NCBI GenBank assembly: GCA_964451165.1
Contig: CAYVGJ010000001.1
Span: forward strand, 47,071-111,070
DNA length: 64,000 bases
Source of the DNA: an uncultured bacterium
Lineage (GTDB): Bacteria; Auribacterota; Auribacteria; Auribacterales; Auribacteraceae
Direction: 5' to 3'
Translations under genes and position numbers: made by a program
Shown: in pieces, positions 19,101-25,645 of the stretch
How positions within the stretch are numbered: the stretch's first letter is position 1
How the letters are laid out: each line of letters begins with the position of its first letter
The notes under the pieces: model-generated
What the model saw: the letters and a program-made list of their open reading frames with translations, nothing else
The model's database searches: none
Told to the model about the DNA's origin: nothing

Positions 19101-21673
19101 ACGCATTTATCGGTATAAACAAGGTTTTCTTTGACTCCATTGATCAGAAATTTATACGCCCCGCGTTTCTTGTGGGGGTAACCCATGAGTTAAGACATGA
19201 GGCGGGAGTATATTTCGACGGTAAATTAATTGACCAGCCCGATGAGGTTGAGGAAATACTAACTCAGGAAGACACATCATTATCACGAATATTAATTCCT
19301 GAACTTGAGCAGTATGTTATGTCATTGGAAAAAATCGTTCAGGTGAGAGAAGATGCTTCCGCAGATTATGTTGCACAATTAAAAAATAATTCTGTGGATG
19401 AATACGAACCGGCGGTATCCGATATGGAAGTGGCTGAGGAAATTGAAAAAGCCAAACAGGAAGTGGGCGGAGGACAATTTTTTGTGGTTTATGAGAAAGG
19501 GGCCGCGACAGGCAAAATAGGCAAATCTATTGAGCAGGCGATATCCGGCATAAAAGCTAAAAGCGCGCAATACCCGGTTTTGACGGATGTTGCTGATTTT
19601 CTGAGGAATTCTCTTACGATATCGGCTGTACCGTCTGCCGATGGATCGATAGGGTTGTACCGGAAAGAAAACCTTATCCGGCTTGCGCAACCAGGTATAG
19701 ATATTCATAATGGAAAGATCGATACACTGTATCTTGGCAAAGGGATAGTGGAGGAACTATCTCAAAAAGGGGCTGGACTGAGCGAATTTCTTGTTTTCGA
19801 GGGCGTAAAAGCTTTTATACTCCAGAAACTATTTGATTTTCAAAGTGTTTCCATCGAAAGGTTTTCAAACGACCTTAAAATGGCAGGACTTACCGGTTTT
19901 ACAAGCCAATTGGAAAATCAGGCAAAACTGTACAATATAACAAAAGTCTCGGATGTTATAGACCTTATGTATGGGAGGGGAAATATTGCCGCCAATGAGC
20001 TGTTTAAGTTGGAATTAATGAATGGAATAATTCAGGACGCGCTCCGTTTTCAAAAAATAATGCAGACGGGAGACATCAATTTTCAATCGATTAAATCTCA
20101 GCTGATGAAGGATAAAAAACCTCAGGCGGTTACATATGTATTGGAACATCTCGGTCAGGCAGATCCGTCGAAGAATTTTCTTTATGTGCAGTTTAAGAAT
20201 ATGGAAAGAGTTCATCAGCAGGCGATTATAGAAATGATTACCGCAAAATTAGGCAAAAATTTCGAGGACAATATTCTCGATCTGGCTCAACGGAGTGATG
20301 AGATAACGGTATCTATCCCGGTTACTGTCAGGGATAATATCGAGTCTATAGTAGGATCCAATCTGCCTGCGGTATTTATAATACCGCGCGAGTTTTTCGA
20401 GTTGACAGTAAGCCAGAGAAACTGGAATATGGAATTTTTCATGAATCAATTTAAGGAGAACCAGAAAACTACAGGTAAATTTGTGGTTTTTGTAGCCGCA
20501 GATGCCGATCCGCAAAATCCGTTTTCGCTTATGGTAAACATGAAAATCAAAGGGGTTGAGGGTACCGATGTCGACTATGTTCAACGGTCGGAAAACGCGC
20601 GCCAGATGATGGATTCGATAAAAACAAGGTTTCCGAACTCAGCAATAAAAGTTGTTGATTTGCCGGGAGGAAAAATTTCGGTGGAAATAGCCAATTATTC
20701 CAAATTCAATAAGATTAATCTTGAAGTTATTCCTGTTGAGGAAGAACAGTTTTTCTATGACGCTTTGCAGGGTTCGGTTTATATATCCGGTATAAAAACC
20801 GATATAGGATTGCCTGCAGGGGAGACCGATCTTACTTCGATAGTATCGGATTTCAGAAAATCGGTTGCTGATAAATTTTCGGTTGCGGTAGATGGTGCTT
20901 TAAGAGACAACGATATTTTGACCGCCAGGCACGAAATGGCAGTACGGTTAATTAACGATTTTATGAAATCAAGTTTGGATAGAATCGATGGTGCCGATAT
21001 AAAATTTATCGGCCCCCGATTGCTTGACCTTCAAAACAATCTCCAGCCGGATGAGTTCGTAAAACAAGTAGGTGAGCTGAAACGCCAGGCTGTTTTCGAT
21101 GCATTGCTAAAACAATATCAACTTTTAAAATTGCAGAGGTTATACTCATTTTTTAATTTATCCGATATTGAGGAAATGTTGTCTGTATACAAACAAATAG
21201 TCACGGAATATGGAAAAGTATTAGCTGAAAACGGCAAAGTTACTCAGCAGATTTTTCATCCGGTATTGGATAGAATCGTATTTGACGCCGGTCTTAAAAA
21301 CCGTATCAAAAAACTTAATCTCGGTAAACCTTTTGCGGGTGACTTAAAGAATCTTTTTGAAAGTTATATCGGCGATTATATCAATGCTCGTTATGATGGC
21401 GCGTACAAAGATATGTTGACCGGATACGTGCAAAAACGGTTCGAGTCTTTCAATAATACTATGAATCTTGCTAATACGGATGGATATCTAACTACTGATG
21501 CTATGAATACATTTTTTGACAGCGCCGAAGGAGTTGCTATAAATCCGGCTGACGCTTCTTATCTGCGTCAATTCGGCGATGATTTATTCAACAAAGCGAA
21601 AATAATCCGGTCTGCTTCGGAAAATATTATGGAACGGATCGAAAAAGCGCGTGCTCTTGAACAATCCGCGTAA
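7196..21673 (+). CDS. Giant secreted multidomain protein (4,825 aa) with three JAB/MPN-like domains and two HExxH modules
   Basis: Uninterrupted 14.5-kb ORF with AGGA SD and Sec-type signal peptide. N-terminal HIRDAHCN / VGLEG / VTGGFH block; HNHP..PS..D x3; THELRHE x2. Confidence 0.9.
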   Translation: MRIRNSIYRRLVCAFLVQSLVFIPQVLVPAIEVDEISIPESYGVITEKHQGQKDKPVVIHIRDAHCNTQAQQNIAAIINSLVNNNDVSLVGLEGAQGEIDVENFTSFPVAEVRRDVSGAFMATGNISGSEYALINSDKPFKLHGIESSGLYAKNYNLFLNSFRKSDQYKSAFLTLKEYLGSFADKICGDKILGGFISANYSYLTKKESLTSYCKYVVSVAGDEKIDLTSFENISLLNKISALEESFNLKDVEVQAGESFDMLCDFVEGEDKEQLLQMKIKYQLGHLSNREYYDYLKKMMAEIEADLAEYPDLASYIEYLNCAGKLDFKSLALECDKLSASIIDKLAVTQTEKTIVSLMRNLAMLELTAELRLTHSDFEYIKEHKAEFTDQYFSKKIKELSEATKNPLSKPLNLTIFDTAIPEFISFYEISKLRDVNLADNLIAEIGKDNADRAAVVTGGFHTEGMTDYLAKKGYSYIVVSPNITSAGKDNYMERMSRGKSPFVQSLLSSNALAVESLLQKTGMVLSAQELRAYRNAFNAYLLAYSANNIKDAEFFRQNLKIFEDSLTSDVITKLKPVMDLIEQELGSVAREWAEKHFADLSEFKVEKVTSDELIIAMNIMDKRYTIDVSRKDIQDLNLEDTALKLASNLNMAVASISEIVPVSAKLQNIDAALVASAKNIASVVKSPQADNHRKLKSPEFISMLSGNIEFQKKMYQVLSDLKISEIWIEEGTPFEVFASIFDSINRSSSDPSRLTLSKKMAILDDFSYGIMVTTDLSGANQLNLYSVPELLAKKFGRKAELADLSASDREFNKSLATYFAGLPDGKNGIITSVAGSDTLMVPQIVDELSARVKTEFSDKIRDEIRAIFINRNATSMNNLEKYTHIFQTSLNVRAELTLLFVESVSSLLIASGSLSKNDETSFNQVLMYILINYGYDRALTIFDFLHGQSAQTTHRILNDQRVPIGKDFIPAAFMGHEVAIGNDVIEDLVSYDLSPDQFLIRMGDILYNPWNSQEDRNILIQNAKIFINKADKPQYLKALFDLLQFQNNKEIVFPEPKKEGDEKKDGVPDKSGLFSNSKPEDLYTILIGNAPLDEKESAIVYLSNSRNKESLELLMKYMDQSVPSKLIRTTVDRLVTKILLGITNGTLTTSEGLIAIDKLMQTYSRSHYLDMKKAILENLADMALAPNIPISVKAVVLMFLESAQNGPDITMRETARKLFREKEGYSRMGLVAKDIFDGKARDEIQLIMNNMGNINLLARKGLNNVDRLDLDTALEIYNSTKQTRILFELESTPTIDQFRKISELAIEIILLRDRYTGKWYILNGDEYSIDSEILLNQLLTGSFDVNIHNHPTERIPTPSGADLKTARLAEHNFIIAGDGLMTYGTPTKSPSGGTGVVDLDVFEKTYNSWADDKTIDQKTLFWLARKDYGVELKFQKWNEINLNETIPPSVSLPDLLYDQSPFVQSIGINALMGYNYQDLAGAVNLISAVYDKSKDSSYYLVSDSSRKTVNYFFDEMEHMLDNLILRLGIIQESLLAAKPYVDETIGRKLAMPERAQFILDNIDKYKNAIDTFDLQSFDNLQIIAQALIGLKDLTSDMEKYLFNIEIALNDILEDIPRQDMVEFGEISAFQRNIQSALNEISTLNEFLSESDAGTQLQNQQMRPSEFGPAVKRESAKETAVSFASTRKNTALTAENIIRELSSPVPTELSDAIISEMSTKMFLANKEITIDIFKKYNSIIDNHPDLKKKVADLFAQALANSLADKNLIMGNDIKPFTLITGGFLNNFGLEYLNPLYTYFHGKPPGFFKDVIYGEYIEVNNIRIPLLFIAHSATLSNGVAVELASSQLPKSEFIEKMSKLLYNDLVTPRMRSFIFSNVSDYLKTNNKTDLLTALYTLTADHNSQEFELPDARKKPSYLSMAKLAFFRINMIVSRSTKPEKLRDLLLSDKPVGQKEYALMLLGESNLPDSLDILQNYVFNNLQPELSTLALGILMEKTQKWVSEGKISINVASEIVTQVIKMLGQLRYLEPKQAILTGLGNLAKDKKIDWQLRAVALTQLESAQLGPDITVLITAKEIFENINGYRLVKELSNLIIQGKLDDKLPYLMDKIKTPVDLAEMGLSRVDKISIETAIDIYRQNTKPGIIFELKTIPTIEDLKMLADLPFEVLVLRERDSHKFYIVSGDETSVNTQVLRYLSAVGKVDLAIHNHPEQDITRPSDTDIVYGAKNTENNYIIGKKGMAKFNQVTHMPPFMTPVRINDMSDFLSLVETWLSMKGEPNPTDIMTHLLMFRDFGVDYKFEYWEDIDFNKILSSSNPVNSLIINQKPSLQGIGITSIANSSYPNLINAIGALKIIEGSSINSNVKFVNELSQAARSNFYDQMNNLRDVFEYKFGLINKWLYSNQGYFLDTIALELGKQDQATAVISAIHDFDIILNKFKVPDIDNIYNANVFLDQLKSTVPKLLVTLNTISANLEELLIDLSSSNPKEYIKLLEFNRRLENAIDISAFMMNILAPSVNNASSMPLSESSFNDPAKKKEVISADYVPPMDLVPDYIPLPVYSAQKDFKNHYNAVADFILNANKMLESSNSFERRLNELVFLFYETGVYRAFQDNTVNPFELLMFLNLSSSEKILIQMLSTINGDGQLNRFFESLNFTAEQKETVHFFLNVITHGVISAIPSRPIIEMRWQTLIRPELVLDGNPLSGELTKDGAKGIAAITRKIDMDSKDVEITVNGKKIFLRTESRIISELGFTGETAVADFAKFVKEGIDGRGEYLFSGLVEGETLYIGVVDASATLFADHIDDGFIGINRGFFAMLDKKFQKPAFLVGLTHELRHEAGVYRNTVLVEDTPSVEKILTDEDVEFTKTLIPDLKGFAQSLSLIVGENADIDVPDYLRQIKREIITAEAPPAKQPVTLEKPLTQSEIIAEFAKPMSTPLFWDILNEINAMFKIDGNIDIGILDKYTQSAAANPLVSKKIANLIAISMTARLEVPVSERGRLNQLISSTLDLGGVDLTEQIYTALKSQPIDYLSSIANKNHYNGKTARVYGTEIPVVLLNTVDLFRKRIVEKLFMDENLKPRDLYRDLRKVLYGENITESARSEMIKTASKLLKTLTPDGVPVVKDSVDKAKMFYLLITRYNNKELVMPELSKLPKFKNIIRRVVLGKINFRNVPRNLAPGAIQLILLRLQQMVQQGEMNTEQASRIIFLLGNHYRKSNFIDQKKSILEGFGKLAANKSISPALRAISLIYIESAQTGDDISTRGIATEIFAEIKGYSLMKSLTGKIETNLAQVIESMGAKPYLADDILLDVDKVPFDFALETFKAIRTKCTCFELESAPTLSQLRMLSDLDFETHLLHDKLTGKYYIINGEQSTIRTVITSIFAQTGRVDISIHNHPSFVPEQEAIRPSASDMVSARLSVHNFIITKTGIVRFGSPKIKPSTGKNHVYQTTKELEMERDKWIAKIGAENATWDNYNRTFGMDMEISAWKDIAESQTVDQFAASFATQMPDTEILALGISRFNQMMYMFDKIQNLNQIVSSGDEIRSQSASDVILRFNSLFNEFQSVVKFKATAISAWLKDESGFIKGQLSISDPSAATNILRKLTQIEQLLDSIKTKDVRDLQNARVQISDILSVLSETHRIMFDITRDLNQLMAQLQSIDPKQYRLVSDFRIHMKKAIAEINNMRKILEYSGIKPSLEIITQEDDLFAKPDRLSLDSILGSANIDLTQIVKDLRDIKTDKTQYPQISVVTRKISAIDTELPFNIKVMQIGAALVDTGVADLIRKGKADLFELVSQPNFLPREQRIFTDLRNTQTEKEFIDVIKKHRMTFNEVKEIKRLFEFTPGGIPKGISSGVMRFQAYIRPDIKVGKQKVAGKLSKNGFTDLDNIKKEIAKDSSTVVVSVAGKNINIAVENEILKRLGFTSENRVAEFSEFLRSALVIRGETLFSGLTGGETIHLGIADTSDTLFVDHNDNAFIGINKVFFDSIDQKFIRPAFLVGVTHELRHEAGVYFDGKLIDQPDEVEEILTQEDTSLSRILIPELEQYVMSLEKIVQVREDASADYVAQLKNNSVDEYEPAVSDMEVAEEIEKAKQEVGGGQFFVVYEKGAATGKIGKSIEQAISGIKAKSAQYPVLTDVADFLRNSLTISAVPSADGSIGLYRKENLIRLAQPGIDIHNGKIDTLYLGKGIVEELSQKGAGLSEFLVFEGVKAFILQKLFDFQSVSIERFSNDLKMAGLTGFTSQLENQAKLYNITKVSDVIDLMYGRGNIAANELFKLELMNGIIQDALRFQKIMQTGDINFQSIKSQLMKDKKPQAVTYVLEHLGQADPSKNFLYVQFKNMERVHQQAIIEMITAKLGKNFEDNILDLAQRSDEITVSIPVTVRDNIESIVGSNLPAVFIIPREFFELTVSQRNWNMEFFMNQFKENQKTTGKFVVFVAADADPQNPFSLMVNMKIKGVEGTDVDYVQRSENARQMMDSIKTRFPNSAIKVVDLPGGKISVEIANYSKFNKINLEVIPVEEEQFFYDALQGSVYISGIKTDIGLPAGETDLTSIVSDFRKSVADKFSVAVDGALRDNDILTARHEMAVRLINDFMKSSLDRIDGADIKFIGPRLLDLQNNLQPDEFVKQVGELKRQAVFDALLKQYQLLKLQRLYSFFNLSDIEEMLSVYKQIVTEYGKVLAENGKVTQQIFHPVLDRIVFDAGLKNRIKKLNLGKPFAGDLKNLFESYIGDYINARYDGAYKDMLTGYVQKRFESFNNTMNLANTDGYLTTDAMNTFFDSAEGVAINPADASYLRQFGDDLFNKAKIIRSASENIMERIEKARALEQSA
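9722..12140 (+). repeat. Giant-protein internal repeat R1 (helical + JAB + helical; protein-level, approximate bounds)
   Basis: Anchors: IVDELSARV (9722), ESAQNGPDIT (10796), FELESTPT, HNHP (11237). Confidence 0.75.
12275..14725 (+). repeat. Giant-protein internal repeat R2 (approximate bounds)
   Basis: Anchors: IIRELSSPV, ESAQLGPDIT (13367), FELKTIPT, HNHP (13808). Confidence 0.75.
14980..15880 (+). repeat. Giant-protein HExxH module Z1 (approximate bounds)
   Basis: ETGV..FEL..., GETLYIGVVD..TLFADHIDDGFIGINR, PAFLVGLTHELRHEAGVY (H at 15680). Confidence 0.75.
15950..18250 (+). repeat. Giant-protein internal repeat R3 (approximate bounds)
   Basis: Anchors: IIAEFAKPM, ESAQTGDDIS (16934), FELESAPT, HNHP (17360). 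Confidence 0.75.
18495..19385 (+). repeat. Giant-protein HExxH module Z2 (approximate bounds)
   Basis: DTGV..FEL..., GETIHLGIAD..TLFVDHNDNAFIGINK, PAFLVGVTHELRHEAGVY (H at 19184). Confidence 0.75.
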
Positions 21674-21976
21674 AAAACGAGATTATATTATATTCGGCAA
21701 ACTAATCCCTTATCGAATATAAGTGTAATTTTATGCCGGGCTAAAAACGGAAAACACGATGGATTATCATATCCAATTTATTTATAAAAAAATCTTTAAT
21801 CCGGTTCGGAAAAATAATATCATCGAATCAAAATTACCCTTGCTTATTTTTGATTCCAATTTTGGTTTGTATTAAATAAGATAAAAGTTATATCTTTTTA
21901 AAAAAAACGAAATTTTTTCTTAAGGGTGCTTTGCATCCTGTATTAAATACAGAACTATGAAAGGATAAATGATTTA

Positions 21977-22594
21977 ATGGATCGAAAACCGACTATAATC
22001 GCTATGGATTTGGAGGGAGTTCTTGTACCTGAAATATGGATTGCCGTTGCCTTGAAAACCGGTATCGAACAGCTTAAACGCACAACCCGGGACGAGCCGG
22101 ATTATGATTTGCTGATGAAAAGCAGAATCGCAATATTGAAAGACAATAATTTGAAACTTAAAGATATACAGGATGTCATAAACACATTGGAACCGCTTGA
22201 TGGAGCGAAAGAATATATCAATTGGCTCCGGTATGGGAACCAGCTGATTCTTTTATCCGATACCTATTATGAGTTCGCGTATCCTCTTATGCGAAAACTC
22301 GGTAACCCCACATTATTCTGCAACACGCTTGAAGTCGATAATGAAAATTTTATTACCGGGTACCGGTTACGTCAGTCTGATGGGAAACGCAAAGCAGTAT
22401 CTGCTTTGAAGCAAGTTGGTTTTAGAGTTATTGCCGCGGGAGATTCATATAATGATATCACTATGTTAAAAGAAGCTGACCACGGTATATTGTTTCGTCC
22501 GCCGGCAAATGTAATAGCGGAGTTCCCGGCGTTTCCTGTATTTACAGAATACAATGGGCTTAAATCACATCTGGAACTTTTGTTGGCTGAATGA
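21977..22594 (+). CDS. thrH: Bifunctional phosphoserine phosphatase / homoserine phosphotransferase ThrH (HAD family)
   Basis: MDLEGVLVPEIW, TTRDEPDYD, LSDT.YEF, AAGDSYND..ML. Confidence 0.93.
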   Translation: MDRKPTIIAMDLEGVLVPEIWIAVALKTGIEQLKRTTRDEPDYDLLMKSRIAILKDNNLKLKDIQDVINTLEPLDGAKEYINWLRYGNQLILLSDTYYEFAYPLMRKLGNPTLFCNTLEVDNENFITGYRLRQSDGKRKAVSALKQVGFRVIAAGDSYNDITMLKEADHGILFRPPANVIAEFPAFPVFTEYNGLKSHLELLLAE

Positions 22595-22620
22595 TTTATA
22601 GCAAATTCAAATACGGATTA

Positions 22621-24684
22621 TCATTTCAGGTATTCGATTATTTTAGGTTGATTCGGATTCATGGAAAGAGATTTTTTCCATAACGATTTTGCTTTGTCGA
22701 TATTTCCTTCCTGCGCGTATATTACCGCGAGGTTGTTGATTGCTTCAATCTGATTCGGATCAAGTGTTATGGCGGTTTCAAGATCAAGTCTGGCGAGTTC
22801 CCAATTATTTAGAGCGTAAAACACAGCGGCGCGAGTAACATAAGCGCTGGCAAACGAAGGATCCATTTTAATTGTTTCGTTAAGTATTTGAATCGCCTGA
22901 TCATATTTATTCTCGATCTGGAAAAGTTTTCCTAAAGTAGAGCGAATGAGAGAACTTTCGGGTATATTCCTCAATCCATCAATTAATATTGGTTCCGCTT
23001 TGTTTGTTTGATTCATCGAGTTGTATACCGATGCTATATTAACATACGCGTTTTCGTTCTTAGGGTCGATTTGAAGAATTTTATGGAGATATTGAATGGC
23101 TTTATCCGGCCGATTTCGTTTCAGCTCAATAAAATGCAGGTTGTTGTAAGCTCCTACCGCGTATTCAGGGTTAATCTTAATAGCCTTTAACATGAGTTCC
23201 TCAGATTTATTAAACTCATTTTTTTTTGTGTATAACGCCGATAATGAAAAATAAGCGTCGATAGCTTTCTCGTTCATGCGTATGGCATGGAGAAATTCTC
23301 TTTCCGCAAGATCGGGATACCCTTTTTCCATATATATTATGCCAATATTGTTGTAGCATCCCGTAAGGTATGGGTTCATCTGTCGCGCGACTAAAAATTC
23401 ACGCAGGGCGGCTTCATGGTTGCCTTTCTGATAATGAATGTTGCCAAGATGCATATGTAGTTCGGCTTTGTTGCTGAAATCTTCTGGTGACCGTTTTGCC
23501 GTAGAACTCCATAATGATTCATTATTTTTCCAATCCGGTGCGCGCATAATGAGCAAAATCTGAAAACAAAACATTATTGTTATGATAAATGATAACCTCA
23601 GCGCGCAAAAAATACGTTTGTCAGTAAGAAAAATGCCCGCGATAACCGCAAACCCTGCTGAGGAAAAATATATGTATCGTTCAGCTACTATTGCTCCGAA
23701 AGGAATAATGCCGGACACAGGCAGGAAATTAATCAAAAAATAGCTTATCCAGAATGCGTAATCCCTTTTTAGCTTGAATATGCATATAATCAGCGCCACA
23801 GCAATCGATAAAGCGGTTATAACAGGAAGCCTGAACGGGAAATCATACATTTGGAACTGATAATCCGCAGTAAGGTTTATGGGGAAAAACATTAGTTTTA
23901 TGTAATGCAAAAGAATCCGTGGAATATTGTAAATAGCTATAAGAAAACTACCGTCAGGATAACTTGCTGGTTTATCGTTGTTGAAAAACACATCAAAACG
24001 GAGATATAAATATGCTACGCTGATCAATAGGGAAGGGATATAAAAAAAAATGATATTTTTTCGTGAAAAAATTTTTTCATTCCGGTAAAAAAACAATAAT
24101 AGAGGCATTACAGCGATAAACGTTATACCCATTTCTTTACTCAATAGCGAGATAAAAAAACATATCCCGCAGAAAATAAGATAACAAAGATTCTTTTTTT
24201 CATAAAAAACCAAATACAGGATAATTGCCAGAAAATAAAACATAAGGCCCCACAGGTCTTCCATATAACTCACACAAAATATTGTTTCTGAGATAGCGGG
24301 GTGGACAAGAAAAATGATAGAGGCGATAAATGATGCTTTCTCGGTTACATCGAGTTTTCGCGCAAGCAGGAATAAAAGGATAGAATTTATCAGATGAAGA
24401 ATGAGGTTTACCGTATGATATCCAAACGGTTTATACTTAAACAGGGTATACTCGAGAAAAAGCGCTGCCGGAGCGATAGGGCGGAACGTTCGTTCTTTGG
24501 ATATGTGAAAATAATCTGAGGTAAATAATCTCGGCAGATTTTTTATATTTTTTATAAAGTAATTGCTTGTAAGAACCATACCGTCATCGTAAGTGAACTC
24601 ATTAAACAACGAGTTCGCGTATGACAATACCGCGAAAAAAACAATAAGAAGTAAACACATTTTTGTTTTAGAGATAGTCATCAA
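22621..24684 (-). CDS. TMTC-like GT-C membrane glycosyltransferase with C-terminal TPR array
   Basis: N-terminal F.YDD motif, RP/PFGYH..N..LH, HP..SE, SKE, AERY.Y in the TM region, then about eight TPRs. Confidence 0.75.
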   Translation of the reverse strand: MMTISKTKMCLLLIVFFAVLSYANSLFNEFTYDDGMVLTSNYFIKNIKNLPRLFTSDYFHISKERTFRPIAPAALFLEYTLFKYKPFGYHTVNLILHLINSILLFLLARKLDVTEKASFIASIIFLVHPAISETIFCVSYMEDLWGLMFYFLAIILYLVFYEKKNLCYLIFCGICFFISLLSKEMGITFIAVMPLLLFFYRNEKIFSRKNIIFFYIPSLLISVAYLYLRFDVFFNNDKPASYPDGSFLIAIYNIPRILLHYIKLMFFPINLTADYQFQMYDFPFRLPVITALSIAVALIICIFKLKRDYAFWISYFLINFLPVSGIIPFGAIVAERYIYFSSAGFAVIAGIFLTDKRIFCALRLSFIITIMFCFQILLIMRAPDWKNNESLWSSTAKRSPEDFSNKAELHMHLGNIHYQKGNHEAALREFLVARQMNPYLTGCYNNIGIIYMEKGYPDLAEREFLHAIRMNEKAIDAYFSLSALYTKKNEFNKSEELMLKAIKINPEYAVGAYNNLHFIELKRNRPDKAIQYLHKILQIDPKNENAYVNIASVYNSMNQTNKAEPILIDGLRNIPESSLIRSTLGKLFQIENKYDQAIQILNETIKMDPSFASAYVTRAAVFYALNNWELARLDLETAITLDPNQIEAINNLAVIYAQEGNIDKAKSLWKKSLSMNPNQPKIIEYLK

Positions 24685-24702
24685 ACAAAATTCAGCCTGT
24701 TA

Positions 24703-25641
24703 TCAGTCGATAGATAAAATAACTTTTTTAGTGGTTTTGAAATGCATTTTTGCTGTTTTTTTGAGTATTTCAACGCCATGTTTTTGTATGAGTTCTTTTG
24801 CCGCTTCTTCAACTTGTTTGGAAGCGCCTTTATGCAATTTCACTTCTATTTCTTTGGATAACCGTGCGATTCTCCGGAGAAACTCACCTCTGGCAAGAAC
24901 GGAAGCCGCCGCGACGGATATATCTTCTTCAGCTCTAACCTTTTGGACAACCGGAATCTTTTTGCCCCGTTTCATCAACGCGTCGAGAATAAATTTGTTG
25001 TTGCCGAATTTGTCAATAATTACCCTGTCGCAGTTGACTTTGGATAAAAGATTTTCTATGACTCTTGCGTGTCCCCATGCTAAAAGACGGTTCAGGTTGC
25101 CGATTTTGTCGTACAGCTCGTTGTATCTATCCGGTCCGATTACCACTACCGAAAAAGGGCATAGCTCGACTATTTTATCTCGAAGCACTTTAATTTTTTT
25201 GTCATTGATGAGTTTGCTGTCTTTAACGCCTAATTTTGTGAGAATTTTTTCTTTATCCGGATCGACATAAACTCCAGCTACAACCAGAGGGCCGAAATAG
25301 TCGCCCTTGCCGCTTTCATCAACTCCGATACGCGGTTCGTGTGTTTGAATATCGTTGAGCACGTCTTCATATCCGAAATTAAGTTTTTTGAGAAGAACGG
25401 GTTCCAGATAATACTGAATAAATTCCGGAGTTTCTTTACCTTGTATAAGGAGTTTACCGCTTTTGTAAAGAGTAACATGAAACTTGTTTTTTGTGGCGGT
25501 GAAAAAAGAGTACGGTGTTTTTTTAATCTCAAACCCTTGTTCAACAAGATCTTTTCTTAATTTAGGGTACAATTCTGCGTTAAGTTCGATTGTATAAGTG
25601 GTAATTTGTTTCAATTTTTCTAATTCAGCGATATTTTTCAT
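24703..25641 (-). CDS. rnhC: Ribonuclease HIII
   Basis: N-terminal TBP-like domain (LYKSGKLLIQG), IGVDESGKGDYFGP, GVKDSK, VAAASVLAR. Confidence 0.93.
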   Translation of the reverse strand: MKNIAELEKLKQITTYTIELNAELYPKLRKDLVEQGFEIKKTPYSFFTATKNKFHVTLYKSGKLLIQGKETPEFIQYYLEPVLLKKLNFGYEDVLNDIQTHEPRIGVDESGKGDYFGPLVVAGVYVDPDKEKILTKLGVKDSKLINDKKIKVLRDKIVELCPFSVVVIGPDRYNELYDKIGNLNRLLAWGHARVIENLLSKVNCDRVIIDKFGNNKFILDALMKRGKKIPVVQKVRAEEDISVAAASVLARGEFLRRIARLSKEIEVKLHKGASKQVEEAAKELIQKHGVEILKKTAKMHFKTTKKVILSID

Positions 25642-25645
25642 ATGT

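Noticed and set aside
7304-20584. Numerous 60-160-aa ORFs antisense to, or in other frames of, the giant gene
   Set aside because: Shadow ORFs of a long coding sequence, with no motifs or SDs.
7196-21673. Giant protein as an RTX, autotransporter, RHS or NRPS/PKS protein
   Set aside because: No GGxGxD, YD, C-terminal barrel or adenylation/KS motifs seen.
24593-25270. 225-aa + strand ORF
   Set aside because: Antisense to rnhC and the TMTC-like gene start; no recognisable motif.
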